From: Octopus vulgaris
Lineage: Eukaryota
Assembly: GCA_951406725.2 (NCBI GenBank)
Contig: OX597821.1
Location: 7,316,001-7,380,000 of the forward strand
DNA: 64,000 nucleotides
Direction of reading: 5' to 3'
A program made the position numbers and the translations under genes. Below the pieces are notes generated by a model. That model searched no databases and was not told the DNA's origin. It worked only from the letters and a program-made list of their open reading frames with translations. Below, one piece after another: positions 13,491 to 26,633 of the stretch. Position 1 is the stretch's first letter. Every line of letters starts with the position of its first letter.

Positions 13491-14195
13491 TTCAATATTG
13501 TGTGTGTGTGTATGAGTGTGTTTACGTAAAGAAGCCGAGAAACAGAGCCAAAAATTGAAAGGTACATGTGAGATATGGTCAACCAATGCCAGTATGGAAT
13601 ATGTACATGAAATGATGTTTGTGTGTGTGTATGAGAAGGTATGTGGCCTAGTAGTTTGGACATTGCACTATGGTCACAAGCTCGTAGTTTTGACTCCCAG
13701 ATTGATATTATGTTCTTCCATAGCACTCAGCTGGAAAAAAAATGGGTGGTCATGCAATGGAATGTCTTTTTGTTCAGAGGGAATGTTGCCCTGCCTGCCT
13801 AGCCAGTGGGTTAGTCACCATTTGACGGTTACAACATTATGAGGAAGTGCATTGTGACCAGTGGTGTATGAAAACATTCGATACTCTGGTCAATATTGTG
13901 ACACACGCTTGAATGCTACATGGCAACTCACAGTCTGTAAGAATTGGGTAAGGTTGAAGAGTGGACGCAGTGAAGAGGATGGCCAATAGTGCTCGAATTG
14001 AGGAGGTAGACGGATGCAGGAAGAGAGGATAGTTATGATATATATATATATATGTATGTATAATATTGAAGGAGGTAACAGTATGAAAGAGGGATAGGAG
14101 CCATTGTCTTGCTGAAGATAAGAATACATGGAGAGAGAGAGAGATAGTAAGGGTGTACCCCCAAGGTGAATGCTAAAAAGAGAATAGGGATAGAT

Positions 14196-14485
14196 CAGTG
14201 GGTCTTGAACGCAACCATTTTTTTCCTCTGGATCCCTTTCATTCCTATTTTATTCAGATGGACCCTCATAGATATACAATGTTTAAAAAATCCTTTTATA
14301 TTTTTATAGTTAAAAATATCCTCTGGTATTTTTTGTAATTAAATATTATTAGGGATTATATTTAAAAAAATGTGAGAATATTTTATGTATTATAGAAATA
14401 TAAGCAATTTATTGCACATGGATTTTAACAGCACAGTCTTATAAGTATCCTCAAGGGTCATGTGAACCCCAGCCGAACACCACTG
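14196..14485 (+). mobile_element. hAT-like MITE (degenerate)
   Basis: cagtgg...ccactg ends; imperfect 8-bp flanks ggatagat/ggattaat; related copy at ~19892-20228. Confidence 0.6.
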
Positions 14486-15526
14486 GGATTAATGAACAGA
14501 AAGTGTGAGTGGTGGGTAGGTAAGTTGGTGAGTGTAAAAAGAGTGTGACTGATGAGAAGTGATGGTTTCTGATATATATTTGATCAATCAGTAATGCATA
14601 CATTAATGTAATAGGCCTAATATGTCACCCTGTTTAATACCACCACCACCATTACATGCTGGGAGTTTCTCCAGAGTCCATTCTATAGCAAGAACAGGTT
14701 TAAGATGGGATAATTCAGAGTATCTTGATGTGTTTCCCTCCTTCTGCTGCAATATTATTAGTTTGGGTTTCTTCCTCCAGTTCATCTAGTTGTCTTGAAG
14801 GCGCTGTAAAAGCACATATGCTTTCCTTCCTTCTGACCACCCCTTAGTAAGAATGATAAGCAAGATTTGAGTGTACAAAACAGTTTCTGTTCTGCATTAG
14901 TGCCACTGTACCTCATTTATACCATTTCTAAGACCCTGACAAAATATCCTTTTGTCAGGGTTTTAATTCTTAAATTTTCTTATGCTGGAATTTCTTTAAA
15001 CAATGTATTTTTCTTTCTTTTTTTTTTTTAACTTGAATTTATTTTTTAAAAATTTATGGTTGGCTGTGATTTGCATGAGGCAATTGGCTGTTATTTCTAA
15101 CAGATGGAACACCTACATGATACTATGTTGTCATTTAAGTAAGAATTTCCTCTAAACAAAAAAGGATAAGCATTCTGAGTTTTTTCTCTTCTGTATGTTT
15201 ATATATGTTTATATGGGACTCTGAGCAGTTGAACTCATATTTGAAACCAAGAAACAAAGGTTTTCAAAAATGAAGTCTTGTTTTGCTGTGAATTTCTGTT
15301 TTGCTGTGAATTTCTGTTTTTCATTTTTTAGTGTTTTTTTTTTCTTTTGTCTTTGGCTGAAATATTACTACTGTGGGTTCTATATTCACATTCCATGAAA
15401 ATGGAGAAAAATATGGTGGTGATGACGCTGGGGGCTTGTGAAAAAAAAAAACATTAACTATTTAAGCTGATAAGTAAATAACTAACTGCTGTGTTCAATG
15501 GCAACTTTAAAAAAATAACCATTTCA

Positions 15527-15690
15527 TATATATATATATGTATGTATATATGTAGATGTATATATATATATGTATGTATATATGTAGATGTATATATATA
15601 TATGTATGTATATATGTAGATGTATATATATATATGTATGTATATATGTAGATGTATATATATATATGTGTAAGTATATATATATATATT
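15527..15690. repeat. Compound (TA/TG) microsatellite with ~30-bp higher-order periodicity
   Basis: Repeating tatatatatatgtatgtatatatgtagatg. Confidence 0.9.
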
Positions 15691-16078
15691 TCCACAGAAT
15701 ATATCTGTATGCAAATCTGGAAAAACAAATATATTTTAAAGATTCAGTAAGACAGAATTGTGTTGTTATCTTGCTATTTTGAATATAAAACATCTCTGTT
15801 ATATATGTTAAAAAAAAAAAAAAGAAAAAAGTAAATGTTATTTTTGTTAAAAATAAGAACACAATAACCAAAGTTATTTATTTTTGGCTTTTCAGTTTAT
15901 TTTCTTTTTTCTTTTTGATAACATTTTGAAGTCTTTTAGGATAGCTATCCCCCCCCCCCACTCACACACACACACTTTTCTCTTATTAGTGTCTCTCTTG
16001 TCTAGCATGATTAAGAGCCTCTGTTCAAAACATTGATAATTTTTCCCACTTCCAGATTAGCAGATTTTTAACATTTGG

Positions 16079-16141
<63 letters not shown>

Positions 16142-17565
16142 TTACCAATCCCTGGATTCTGGATTTCATTTTAAAGATGAATAGAGTAACCTTCTCAAGC
16201 TGAATTCCAGATTTCAGAACTTAAAAAATAACTCTGAAAAATAGATAAAGTAGTCAAGAAGAGAATAAATTAGTGAAGCAATCAACACGGAGCCCAAAGT
16301 GTGGCAAAAGCTTTTACCCTTTAACTGAAAGTAGGTGAGCCAACACTGAGTGGTAGCTGTTTGGGATATATCAACATCGTTTTTCATCATTCTGGGGTCA
16401 ACAATATATAGCACCAGGCAAATATTTAACTTAATTTAATGGAATGTATTCCTCTTTCAAAACTCATGGCTTTCTGCCTGTGACAGAAACTTTTGTTACA
16501 CACACAGATGTATATATACTACCTAAACAAGCACTGAATAATTAATTTAATTTAAAAGAATAGTAAGGATATGGTAACAGAATGTTGGGGCTTTTAAATA
16601 GAATTATGGAGATTATATATAGATATATATATATGTGTATGTTTGTATATTTACTTTTTATAAATAATATTTTTTAACTCAACAAAATCTTTCTTTAAAT
16701 ATTACGACTGTATCAAGAATCTTTTGCAAAAACATTTCTTGAAGATGCACATTTTCCCTAAAATATATCTCTAAAAATCACTCTGTCGTATATGTGAGGC
16801 TGGACCATCCATAAGAGTTAATACATATCCGAAGGCTGCAGGTTCTTATCATGTCAGGGTCACCAACGTTTAGTGAATAGGTACTAAAATAATAGCTGAC
16901 TTTTTATAACAGCTGTAGTATTATAATACCTTGTAATGCAATAACAGACAACGTTCAGAAGGCTTAATAGAATATAGTAGTTTATTGTAAGAAGAAATGA
17001 CGATGGTATTGAATGAAGGTTTGCTTGACAGCATACAGTGTATAGCATTCAGAGGGATAGTATAACAGTGTCCTAAGTGAACAAAAGAAAAGTTTGAGCT
17101 ACTTGTTATATGGTCACAAATCCAGAACAAGCTGTATCTGGCATAAATGAAATGTAACTCTTACTGCATATTGTAAAATGTAAACAGGATAAATGTTCGA
17201 ACTGGCCATAAATAGTTATTTACTTCTAGAATGTTTCTTCTTTTGACATTATCCACTTGGTGGAGTTGAGCTCTGACAGCGACATAACAAATTACGTCTG
17301 ACTCTCTTGGAGGCTTGGCTGGAACTGATTAAAGTTTTCCCATGACTTAGTGAAAGGCAGCAGCATGTATCTATGCGTGATGCAAAGCAGTTGGCTGAAA
17401 CAACCAAATCATGTGCAACCGGATAACACTTTGGCCAAAGGGAAATAGTGCTCCTACACATTAAAAATTATGTTTTTGAATATGAGATGCCGAAATTGAG
17501 CTGCATCTCATACCCTTGTGTCTTTTATGCCATCTGATACATTCAATATATATATATATATATAT

Positions 17566-18060
17566 GTTGCCAGTCTCGCCTGGCCCCTGTACCGGTGGTA
17601 CGTAAAAAGCACCATCCGTCCGTGGCCATTTGCCAGCTCCGTCCGGCACCTGTGCAGGTGGCATGTAAAAAGCACCCACTACACTCACGGAGTGGTTGGC
17701 ATTAGGAAGGGCATCCAGCTGTAGAAACACTGCCAGATCAGACTGGGCCTGATGCAGCCTTCTGGCTTCACAGACCCCAGTTGAACCATCCAACCCATGC
17801 TAGCATGGAAAGCGGACGCTAAACGATGATTATGATATATATATATATATATCATCATCATCATCGTTTAACGTCCATTCTCCATGCTAGCATGGGTTGG
17901 ACGGTCCGACCGGGGATCTGGGAAGCCAGAAGGCTGCTCCAGTCTTATCTGGCAATGTTTCTACAGCTGGATGCCCTTCCTAACACCAACCACTCCGTGA
18001 GTGTAGTGGGTGCTTTTTACATGCCACCTGCACAGGTGCCAGACGGAGCTGGCAAATGAC
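17566..18060. mobile_element. Tail-to-tail inverted pair of family E elements
   Basis: 17566-17836 (+) and 17851-18060 (-) are reverse complements around a (TA)n spacer. Confidence 0.9.
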
Positions 18061-18270
18061 CAATATATATATATCAAATTCACCTTACCCTAGTTAAATT
18101 ATTCTAAATGACTTGAGATACACATTCGACCTTGGATTTGGTTTTTCCTCTAATATAATAGATACCTGCTATAAACGGAGCCCTAACATAGATTCCTAGA
18201 TCCACCCTTTACTGTGATCTTGGAACCTAACAGTCGGCTAACTATAGCACTTAGCGTACCTATTCATTTT

Positions 18271-18272
<2 letters not shown>

Positions 18273-18306
<34 letters not shown>

Positions 18307-18371
18307 TAGACATACATATATATAGATACATATATATATATATATATAAATATAGACATACATATATATAG

Positions 18372-18411
<40 letters not shown>

Positions 18412-18428
18412 GACATACATATATATAG

Positions 18429-18463
<35 letters not shown>

Positions 18464-18534
18464 TAGACATACATATATATAGATACATATATATATATAT
18501 ATATATATATAAATATAGACATACATATATATAG

Positions 18535-18580
<46 letters not shown>

Positions 18581-18630
18581 CATACATATATATAGATACA
18601 CATACATATATATATATATAGACATACATA
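18273..18630. repeat. Compound (TA)n minisatellite (aaatatagacatacatatatatagatac units)
   Basis: Seen directly. Confidence 0.95.
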
Positions 18631-18779
18631 TACAGAGTATGGGTGTTTAGTTTACTGGTGATCTAAATGAACAGGTATGCTGGCTAATTGCTGTAACAGA
18701 TTATCAGGGTTCCCTGCTCGTAACTGAGACGGAAGCTATGGATCCATTTTAGCTTACAGATTTAGCATATATATATATC

Positions 18780-19269
18780 TGTGAAAGAGAACAACAAACG
18801 CCAAGGCATAACAAGTATCCCAAGTCATACATTAATTCATATTATTCTTAAATTTGTTGAGGTCTTACAGCTGTTTCTGAGATATCCCAAGTGATGGGCG
18901 AATGTGCCTGAATATGGGGTGTTCCATCATCAGAGACAAGTAGAGAATATATGAAAGATCTAGACATGGAAAATTTGCAAATAAGTTATGAAATAGAAGA
19001 GTAGAGAGTAAGGGAATAAAGAAATAAATATTTATTTCCTTATTTCCACTCTTCTATTTCATGGCATATCTGCTAATTTTCCCTGCCTAGATCTTTCACA
19101 TATTCTCTACTTGTCTCTAATGATGGAATTCCCCATATACAGGCATACTCACCCATCACTTGGGATATCCCAGCAACAGCTGTAAGACCACAACTAATTT
19201 AAGAATAATATTAAATAATGTATATGAATTCAGATGCTTGTTATGTCTCGGCGTTTGTTGTTCTCTCTC

Positions 19270-19272
<3 letters not shown>
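18780..19272. mobile_element. ~490-bp palindromic element in (TA)n, with hammerhead motifs in both arms
   Basis: Arms are reverse complements about gaaataaat|atttatttc (19021-19038); flanked by (TA)n on both sides. Confidence 0.9.
18862..18937 (-). ncRNA. Type I minimal hammerhead ribozyme motif (canonical core)
   Basis: Minus strand: gtct-CTGATGA-tgg...tca-GAAA-cagctg-TA-agac; stem I gtct/agac; palindromic AGCU loop in stem III. Confidence 0.75.
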
Positions 19273-19304
<32 letters not shown>

Positions 19305-19440
19305 CACACAAGAAAAAAGCAACAAGAATGGATTAGTTGTTCAGTACAATTGTTTCATACGAAGAACAGCTCTATTCTGGTGCATCTAAGTTAAGTACCG
19401 CATTCATGTGAATTCACTGGAACTCACTTGAATCTTAATT

Positions 19441-19475
<35 letters not shown>

Positions 19476-20813
19476 CACACACACACTTTCTCGTATATAT
19501 CTATTATTGAATAAACTTAATAAATGCCATGTGAGCAGTGTCTGATGATTGTGCTAGGATACTAGATGTGTGAAAAACAGTTTGGCATTCTCTCAGCACA
19601 TGAATACATATACTGTGTTTATTAAATGATATTTATGTCTCACCAGATGGAATACTTTGTTTTTGTGTTGATCTTACGATCACAGAACTGTACACTTTAC
19701 ATGTATGCATGAATGGAAAGTACAAAGATCAGTGATAAGGTTCTATAATGCGTAAAAGAATGAAGTGTCTTTGATATTTCAAATGTTATTACATTTTCAG
19801 ACAGATGCTGTGCAGTATAGGAGAGACACACACGTACAAAGTATAGAAAAAGGTCAAGGCTTTGGGCTAGTGAGGTATGCCATCCTATAGATTAAGGATT
19901 CGGAACCATTTTTGTCTATGGTCCCCTTCGATTATTATTTTATTCTAGTGAACTCCTTTAGCTATTCGCTGTTTAAAAACTAGTTTTATAAAATACTTCT
20001 TTCAGAATTCCTACTTTGTTTATCAGACATTACTTGTGTGTTGGTTGAACTATTGGAAGTGTCAGAGACGGAAACCGAGCTGTTTCTTGCAATGAAGACA
20101 TCTAAAGCAATTTTTTGTTTATTGCTTTTTCTCATTGACCTTTAAAATGATACTGAGGATCAAATTTACTGTTTTGCGTGCACGGACCTCCTGGGGTCAT
20201 ATGGACGGACTCTGGTTGAAAACCACTGCTAATAGATGATGTCAAGAAGGGAAGTGTTGGCAGGTGTTTTAATGATCCGTAAATCAGTGTGTGTGTGTGT
20301 TTGACGATGGGAAGGTGGGAGGGAACTGAGTTAGTATGTCTTTGATGGAATGTATGGTAAAGTGTGTGTGTGTGTGTGTTATGTAGTGTGAAAATAAAAA
20401 CATTTGAAGCTCTGTGTGTGTGTGTGTGTGTGTGTGTGTTTGAAGAAAAATGTCGAGGTCGTGTTGGAGTGCGTGGAGAAGAGGTTGAACACGTGTGCAG
20501 TGTAAAAAGAAAGCAATATGTGTACGTAGCCAAAAGTGTGTTAGTGTAGAGAAGAACAGCGTGAGAATTAGTCTCACACACACATCTATTTACTGACTGA
20601 TAGAATTATATATCTTTGTAGAGATCTCTTTACTCCGTTGACAATATTCGTTATAGTTTTACATAGTTATGTATCTCTCACTGATAAAATTATATAATAA
20701 CTTTATCTAGATATCTCTTTACTGATGGAATTGTCACACACACTTACACACGCACGTCTTGAGTTTAATTTTTCTTGCTTACATTGTCAAATATATATAT
20801 ATACTCCGGTATG

Positions 20814-20849
<36 letters not shown>

Positions 20850-21189
20850 ATACCTATATATAATTGTATATTATCTAAGATATGTTTGTGTGTATGTATA
20901 TATATATGTGTGTGTCTGTGTATGTATGTGTATGTATATATGTATGTGTGTATATATATATGTATGTATGTATATACACACGATTTTGTAATAGATATTG
21001 ATTTGCGATTATGTAATTGATACCGATACACAAACAGGTGCGCGCGCGCGCGTTCACATATCTTCGTCTGTCTTAAGACATACGCGCGCACACGCACACA
21101 TGATAGAATTATGTAAACGACACCCAATGTACACTCGGTGATAAAATTACATTACGTACTTATATAGGTATCCGTTTACTAAGTGTATG

Positions 21190-21700
21190 CATGGAAGATG
21201 AACCAACGGATACTCAGTTATTATATAACTTAAAAACACTATTTCACATTCAGCCGCTTGTCTCTTGTATTCGCTTTCGTATATATATTATTTTGTTTCA
21301 TTTGTTCTTGTTGTTTTTTTCTCTTTTTCGTCGGCCCCGGGTTTTCTTGTCGTCTTCAACTAAAGTACCGACTCGTTATTTTCCCCGCCTCTCTCTCTCT
21401 TGAAAGTCTCTGGCTTTATTTCACAGCCTTCCTGTGAAGATTCGTAATGCATGACTTCAGAAAGAAACTATACTATTTAGCCTTCTTTTCGTGCGCTAAA
21501 TACACCATCGGCTGTTAAGCATTTATTTAAGATCTAGGCCAGTTAACCAGATCCTGCTGTCTGCTTGTTTATTTTCAGGCCAGCACAGACCCTCGCTGTG
21601 TGTGTGTGTGGAGGGCGGAAGAGAGGTGCTGGTGGTAAGTCTTACGTCACACGTCGAGTTCTTTCTCCTTGGCCAATCACTTGTCAATGTGTAATTTTCA
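21190..21700. promoter_or_regulatory. Putative promoter within a CpG-rich island (~20.4-22.7 kb)
   Basis: Local CpG retention against a CpG-poor background; GC/ETS-like gagggcggaag (21611-21621), CRE-like ttacgtca (21642-21649), ggccaatca CCAAT box (21671-21679), gtg|gtaagt donor at 21634/21635. Confidence 0.45.
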
Positions 21701-22400
21701 GGCAGAGTATATAATTCTTTGAGCAATTTCATTCATAGAATTATTAAAATTTCTTGGGGATTAGAATTGTTACAGGGTGTGTATGTGTTTGTGAAAGAGT
21801 GTCCCAGTGGGGGTTTTGCCCTCTCCGCCGCACACAATACCTTTATGTGTTATAGTTTTATGTGTAGGTGGAGGTATCGCCGTGTGCTTAAGAGGCTCGC
21901 TTTGCTATCGTAGTTTCGGATTGGGCCAGCCAATGCCTTGTGCGTAAATTTGATGGATGGAAACTGTGTGGAAGCTTACCTATGTATGTGTATGTATATA
22001 TGTATCCATCTATACATGCTTGTATATATGTGTGTGTGTGTGTGTGTGTTTGTTTGTTTCCACCTCCATCGCTTGATAACCGGTGCTGGTTTGTTGAACT
22101 ACCATACTTCAAAAATGACTTCTGGGGTCAATTTCTTTGACGTAAATGTTCAAAGTGGTTGCCCTAGCATGGCTACAGTCCAATGATTAAAACAATAGGT
22201 AAAAGCTATATTACGCACTCTAAAGTTTGAGCAGTAATGTACTTACATGAAGTGAAATATATGTCCAGTCATAGTGACCAATGGTTTCACATCCATAAAG
22301 TGCTCAGCTTTATAGACCTCTATAAAGTTAAGCGCTTTATGAATACGAAACCGTTGTTCACTCTTTGAATGGACATATATTTAACTTCATACAAGTGTAT

Positions 22401-22713
22401 GTGGAGGCGCAATGGCCTAGTGGTTAAGGCAACGGACTCGCGGTCGTAGGATCGCGGTTTCGATTTCTGGACCGGGCGTTGTGAGTGTTTATTGAGCGAA
22501 AACACCTAAAAGCTCCATGAGGCTCTGGTAGGAGGTGGTGGTGGTGATCCCTTCTGTACTCTTTCACCACAACTTTCTCTCACTCTTTCTTCTGTTGGCC
22601 TGCTCACTTAGCCAGTGGGGTGGCGTCATTGAAGGCTAAAACAATGCGAAGTGCATTGTGACCAGCGATGTGTAGCAACATCTGATGGCCTGGTCGGTCA
22701 CATAATCACGTGA
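22401..22713 (+). mobile_element. tRNA-derived SINE family C
   Basis: A-box tggcctagtgg, B-box-like gtttcgatttc; 3' part shared with the degenerate copy at ~13635-13890. Confidence 0.8.
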
Positions 22714-22727
22714 TATATATACACAAA

Positions 22728-22917
22728 CAGGGTTGGCCAATAAATCAAAATTCCTTAAATACTATCGGTAATTCTGTATTGACTCGAATGAAAAAGTGTG
22801 TCAGTCAAGAAGTTTGAACAATTTTCATGATGTATCATATTTAGATGCTTTTCATTCAGTTGTAAAACGTATATAAATAGTTTTGATTTACTGTCAAGTG
22901 ACCTTTGCCCAACCCTG
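22728..22917. mobile_element. Tc1/mariner-type MITE
   Basis: TIR cagggttgg(c/g)caa / ttgcccaaccctg followed by TA. Confidence 0.65.
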
Positions 22918-22927
22918 TATATATAGT

Positions 22928-23305
22928 AGGTGCAGGCATGGTTGTGTGATAAAAAGCTTGCTTCCACACCACATGATTCTGGGTTCAGTCCAACTGCATG
23001 GCACCTTGGGCAAGTGTCTATCACTATAGCCTTGGGCCGACCAAAGCCTTGTGAGTGGATTAGGTTGACGGAAACTGAAAGAAGCCTGTCATGTGTATGT
23101 ATATGTTTGTGTATCTGTGTTTGTCCCCACCAACATCGTTTGACATTTGATGCTGGTGTTTTTGTCCCTATAACTTAGCGGTTCAGCAAAAGAGACTGAT
23201 AGAATAAGTACTGGGCTTACAAAGAATAAGTCCTGGGATCAATTTGCTCGACTAAGAGTGTGCTCCAGCATGGCTGCAGTCAAATGTCTAAAATGAATAA
23301 AAGAA
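22928..23305 (+). mobile_element. Family A SINE
   Basis: Full head, body and tail match the other family A copies. Confidence 0.85.
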
Positions 23306-23849
23306 TATATATATATTTTTAAAAATGTGTCAGGAAGGTAGCATCAAGTTCTGTGAGGGAATTTAGATGCTCTGTAAGGCGCTTGGTGTTAGGAAGGGCA
23401 TTCTGCTGTAAAAACCCTGCTAAAACAGACTGTGAATCCTGGTGCAGTCTTCTGCCTATTCAACCCCTGTCAAACCATCTCAACCCATGTCAGCATGAAA
23501 AACATTAAATGTTGATGATGATAGTGCTCAGTTCTGGGGCCCCTCCTTGTTCGTTGTAGCTTACTAGGCTGCTGTTTCAAAACCCTGCAATATATGCATT
23601 GGTTATGAAGAGTAGAGAAGGAAGTATGGCTGGTATGTCTAGCTGGGTGTGTAGTGTTTGTTTGAAAGACTGACACAGAACACAAATGGGCTGAGAGAAA
23701 AACTAGATGTAAGAGAGTTCGACTGTGCCTGTGGCATAGATGTTCTATGCTTATGGCTAATGAGAAGGGGGCTGCAACGCGAGGATCAACACTTGTTCCT
23801 GGACCAGACCTGACTAACTTACGTAAGCATGGAGAAAATACTGTAAGAA

Positions 23850-23995
23850 GGTGGTGGTGGTGGTGGTGGTGGTGGTGAAGGTGGTGGTGGTGATGGTACT
23901 GGTGGTGGTGGTGGTGGTGGTGGTGGTGAAGGTACTGGTGGTGGTGGTGGTGGTGGTGGTGGTGGTGGTACTGGTGGTGGTGGTGGTGGTGGTTC
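23850..23995. repeat. (GGT)n trinucleotide repeat
   Basis: Seen directly; source of the poly-H/P/V ORFs. Confidence 0.95.
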
Positions 23996-24982
23996 ACAGC
24001 TCAAAAGAAGGGAATCTGGCTATCCTTCTGATAGAATTAGAGTAGTCTGCTTACCCCTATTATCGTTGAATTCTTAGCATTTGCTGATAAGACAAGCCTT
24101 ATAGTAAGCCTGTAAACAGCCACACCCAGAATAGGCTTTTTTTTTTCTTTCTTTATTTTTTTTTTTTTTCCCAACTTCAGTTTCAACCACCAGTTTGATA
24201 TCAGTGTTGCAAACCTTAGTAACAAGTTATGTGTTTTAACTCTTATTGACTTTGCTTGCAACACACACACAACACACACACATATGCACAGTCATACGAC
24301 TCAGCTATAGAAATTTCCTATTTGTATTATGTTATATAATTCAACTAAATTCGTTTTTATTAGAAATGTTTTAAAAATATAAAAGGAAATTACTGTTTAC
24401 GTCTGAAGTTTAAAGTTAGTTTTCTGTATTTTTTAAGTAATTTCAAGAGAATTTTTTGTTTTTTCATGGAAACGTACTTGAGAGATAGATAAGCACTTTA
24501 ATTACCAATTAATTTTGATCACTATTTTTCTAGGTCATTTGTAAATGGGTTTTTTTTTTTTTTTTTTTTTTTTTTTCCCAATTTTTTGCTTGCTGGTACA
24601 TAATTTGTGAGGCACATTGTTGAAAATAGTTCTGCTGTGTATATGTATGAAGATAATGAGTGAAAGTGGAGAGAGAAAACTTGTGTGTAAAGTGTGTATA
24701 TATATGTATATGTATGTATGTATGTATATATATGTATGTATGTATGTATGTATATGTATGTATGTATATGTATGTATGTATGTATGTATATATATGTATG
24801 TATGTATATATATGTATGTATGTATGTATATATATGTATGTATGTATATGTATGTATGTATATATATATATGACGTAGAAAGAGGGAAAGAAAAAGAATG
24901 AAAACTTAAATGTAATATAAGTATGTTAACAGTTTGTTTAATATTCAGTTATTTTGAAATTTTTTCAGAGATTTAAACCATT

Positions 24983-25366
24983 ACTCTTTTACTTGTTTCA
25001 GTCATTTGACTGTGGCCATGCTGGAGCACCGCCTTTAGTCGAGCAAATCGACCCCGGGACTTATTCTTTGTAAGCCCAGTACTTATTCTATTGGTCTCTT
25101 TTGCCGAACCGCTAAGTGACAGGGACGTAAACACACCAGCATCGGTTGTCAAGCAATGCTAGAGGAACAAACATATACACACATACATATATATATACAA
25201 ATACGACAGGCTTCTTTCAGTTTCCGTCTACCAAATCCACTCACAAGGCTTTGGTCGGCCTGAGGCTATAGCAGAAGACACTTGCCCAAGGTGCCACGCA
25301 GTGGGACTGAACCCAGAACCATGTGCCTGGTTAGCAAGCTACTTATCACACAGCCACTCCTGCGCC
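24983..25366 (-). mobile_element. Family A SINE (well preserved)
   Basis: Nearly identical to 2346-2744, 49039-49434, 55489-55905 and 63097-63523. Confidence 0.9.
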
Positions 25367-26279
25367 ATTGGTTCTTAATGTGGATAGTCATACTCCCATA
25401 GTGGTGTTGTGAGCTCACAAAGAGGCAACAAATGTCAAGGGGGCCCAGGATATTTAAAAGGGGTCATCATCATTAACATTTAACATCCATTTTCCATGTT
25501 GGCATGGGTTGGATGGCCAGGGACCACACCACGTTCCTTGATCTGTTTTGGGTTGGTTTCTTTGGCTGGATGCCCTTCCCAATGCCAACCACTTGGTAGA
25601 AATATATTTAAACCAGATAAAATACTGATTTTAAACATTTTCCCCCAAAATATCTTTGTCAGTATTAAAATACGTCTGGGACATTGTGTTGTTGCCATTG
25701 AGCAAAATCATGGTCAATGATGCATCCAGTCAAATATAATTTCATTATATTAAGTCCTGGATGGGATAATATAAGAAAACCTGGATAGTAAACCACTGTT
25801 CAGAATTGTAAAATCAGCCTCTGTTTTTTCTGTCATATGTACTCTCTGTAAGTTGGACCTATTAAAATAAATATATATTTATACTTAAAAGTTCATCAGC
25901 TGAAAGTTTCCCTTTTGCCTTATCTTGTTTTGCACATATGTGTGTGTAAATACGCCAGCTAAACTTGTTGCACTGTTTATTAGTCATAAGACACCCGCTG
26001 TTTTTATCATTATTGTTTTTTGTATTTATATTCGTGCGGCATCGTCCGTTTTTCTGTCCCTGTTTCGTATACATTCGATCCTTCTTCCAAGAAATCTAAT
26101 GCTCGTAGCTTAGTTTTTCCTTGGGGCTGGCCAGATCGGAGCGATCTCAAAATTAATCAGCCGAAATTGCTAGGATGATCCGGTTCTTGACTGAAGATTG
26201 AAGGCTTCGAATGACCCGTCCGTGTTTTTTGTATCGTCTTCTAAATGTTTTACCATCTTGTCCCAGTTTGTATTTTTCC

Positions 26280-26321
<42 letters not shown>

Positions 26322-26590
26322 TTTAGTATTTCATACCCAAAGTATTATATTTAATATATAATTTGCTTATCCACATAATTGCCTCTATATCTGCTCAACT
26401 TGATCTTTCTTGTAATTGTTCTTTACCTTGCAGAATCAATTCCCTGTAAAGATATTGGAGTCTAAGTTGGAATTTTTTGAGTTCTATTGTTTTCTACACT
26501 GAGAATCTCCCAATCTAATCTGTGGACTGTGTATATATATGTTGGACCATTGAGCTCTGCACAGTTTTTCTCTCTCCATTTTTTCCTAGT

Positions 26591-26633
26591 AGTCCTTCCT
26601 GTTGAAGAGCGTAGGCTTGGAACGTAAAAGACT
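26591..26633 (+). ncRNA. Degenerate minimal hammerhead motif in a short element (~26560-26720)
   Basis: agtccttc-CTGTTGA-a-gagc gtag gctt-GGAA-cg-TA-aaagact; two core substitutions. Confidence 0.5.

Noticed and set aside
17225-17461. Cys-rich 70-aa ORF / minus-strand exon
   Set aside because: No recognisable domain and no frame links to other exons; could be non-coding
23470-24045. Poly-His/Pro/Val ORFs
   Set aside because: (GGT)n repeat artefact
25892-26215. Additional CTGATGA/CTGAAGA hits (also 2312, 14549, 35314, 52084)
   Set aside because: No properly spaced GAAA-stem III-UH and stem I pairing; the heptamer is expected by chance
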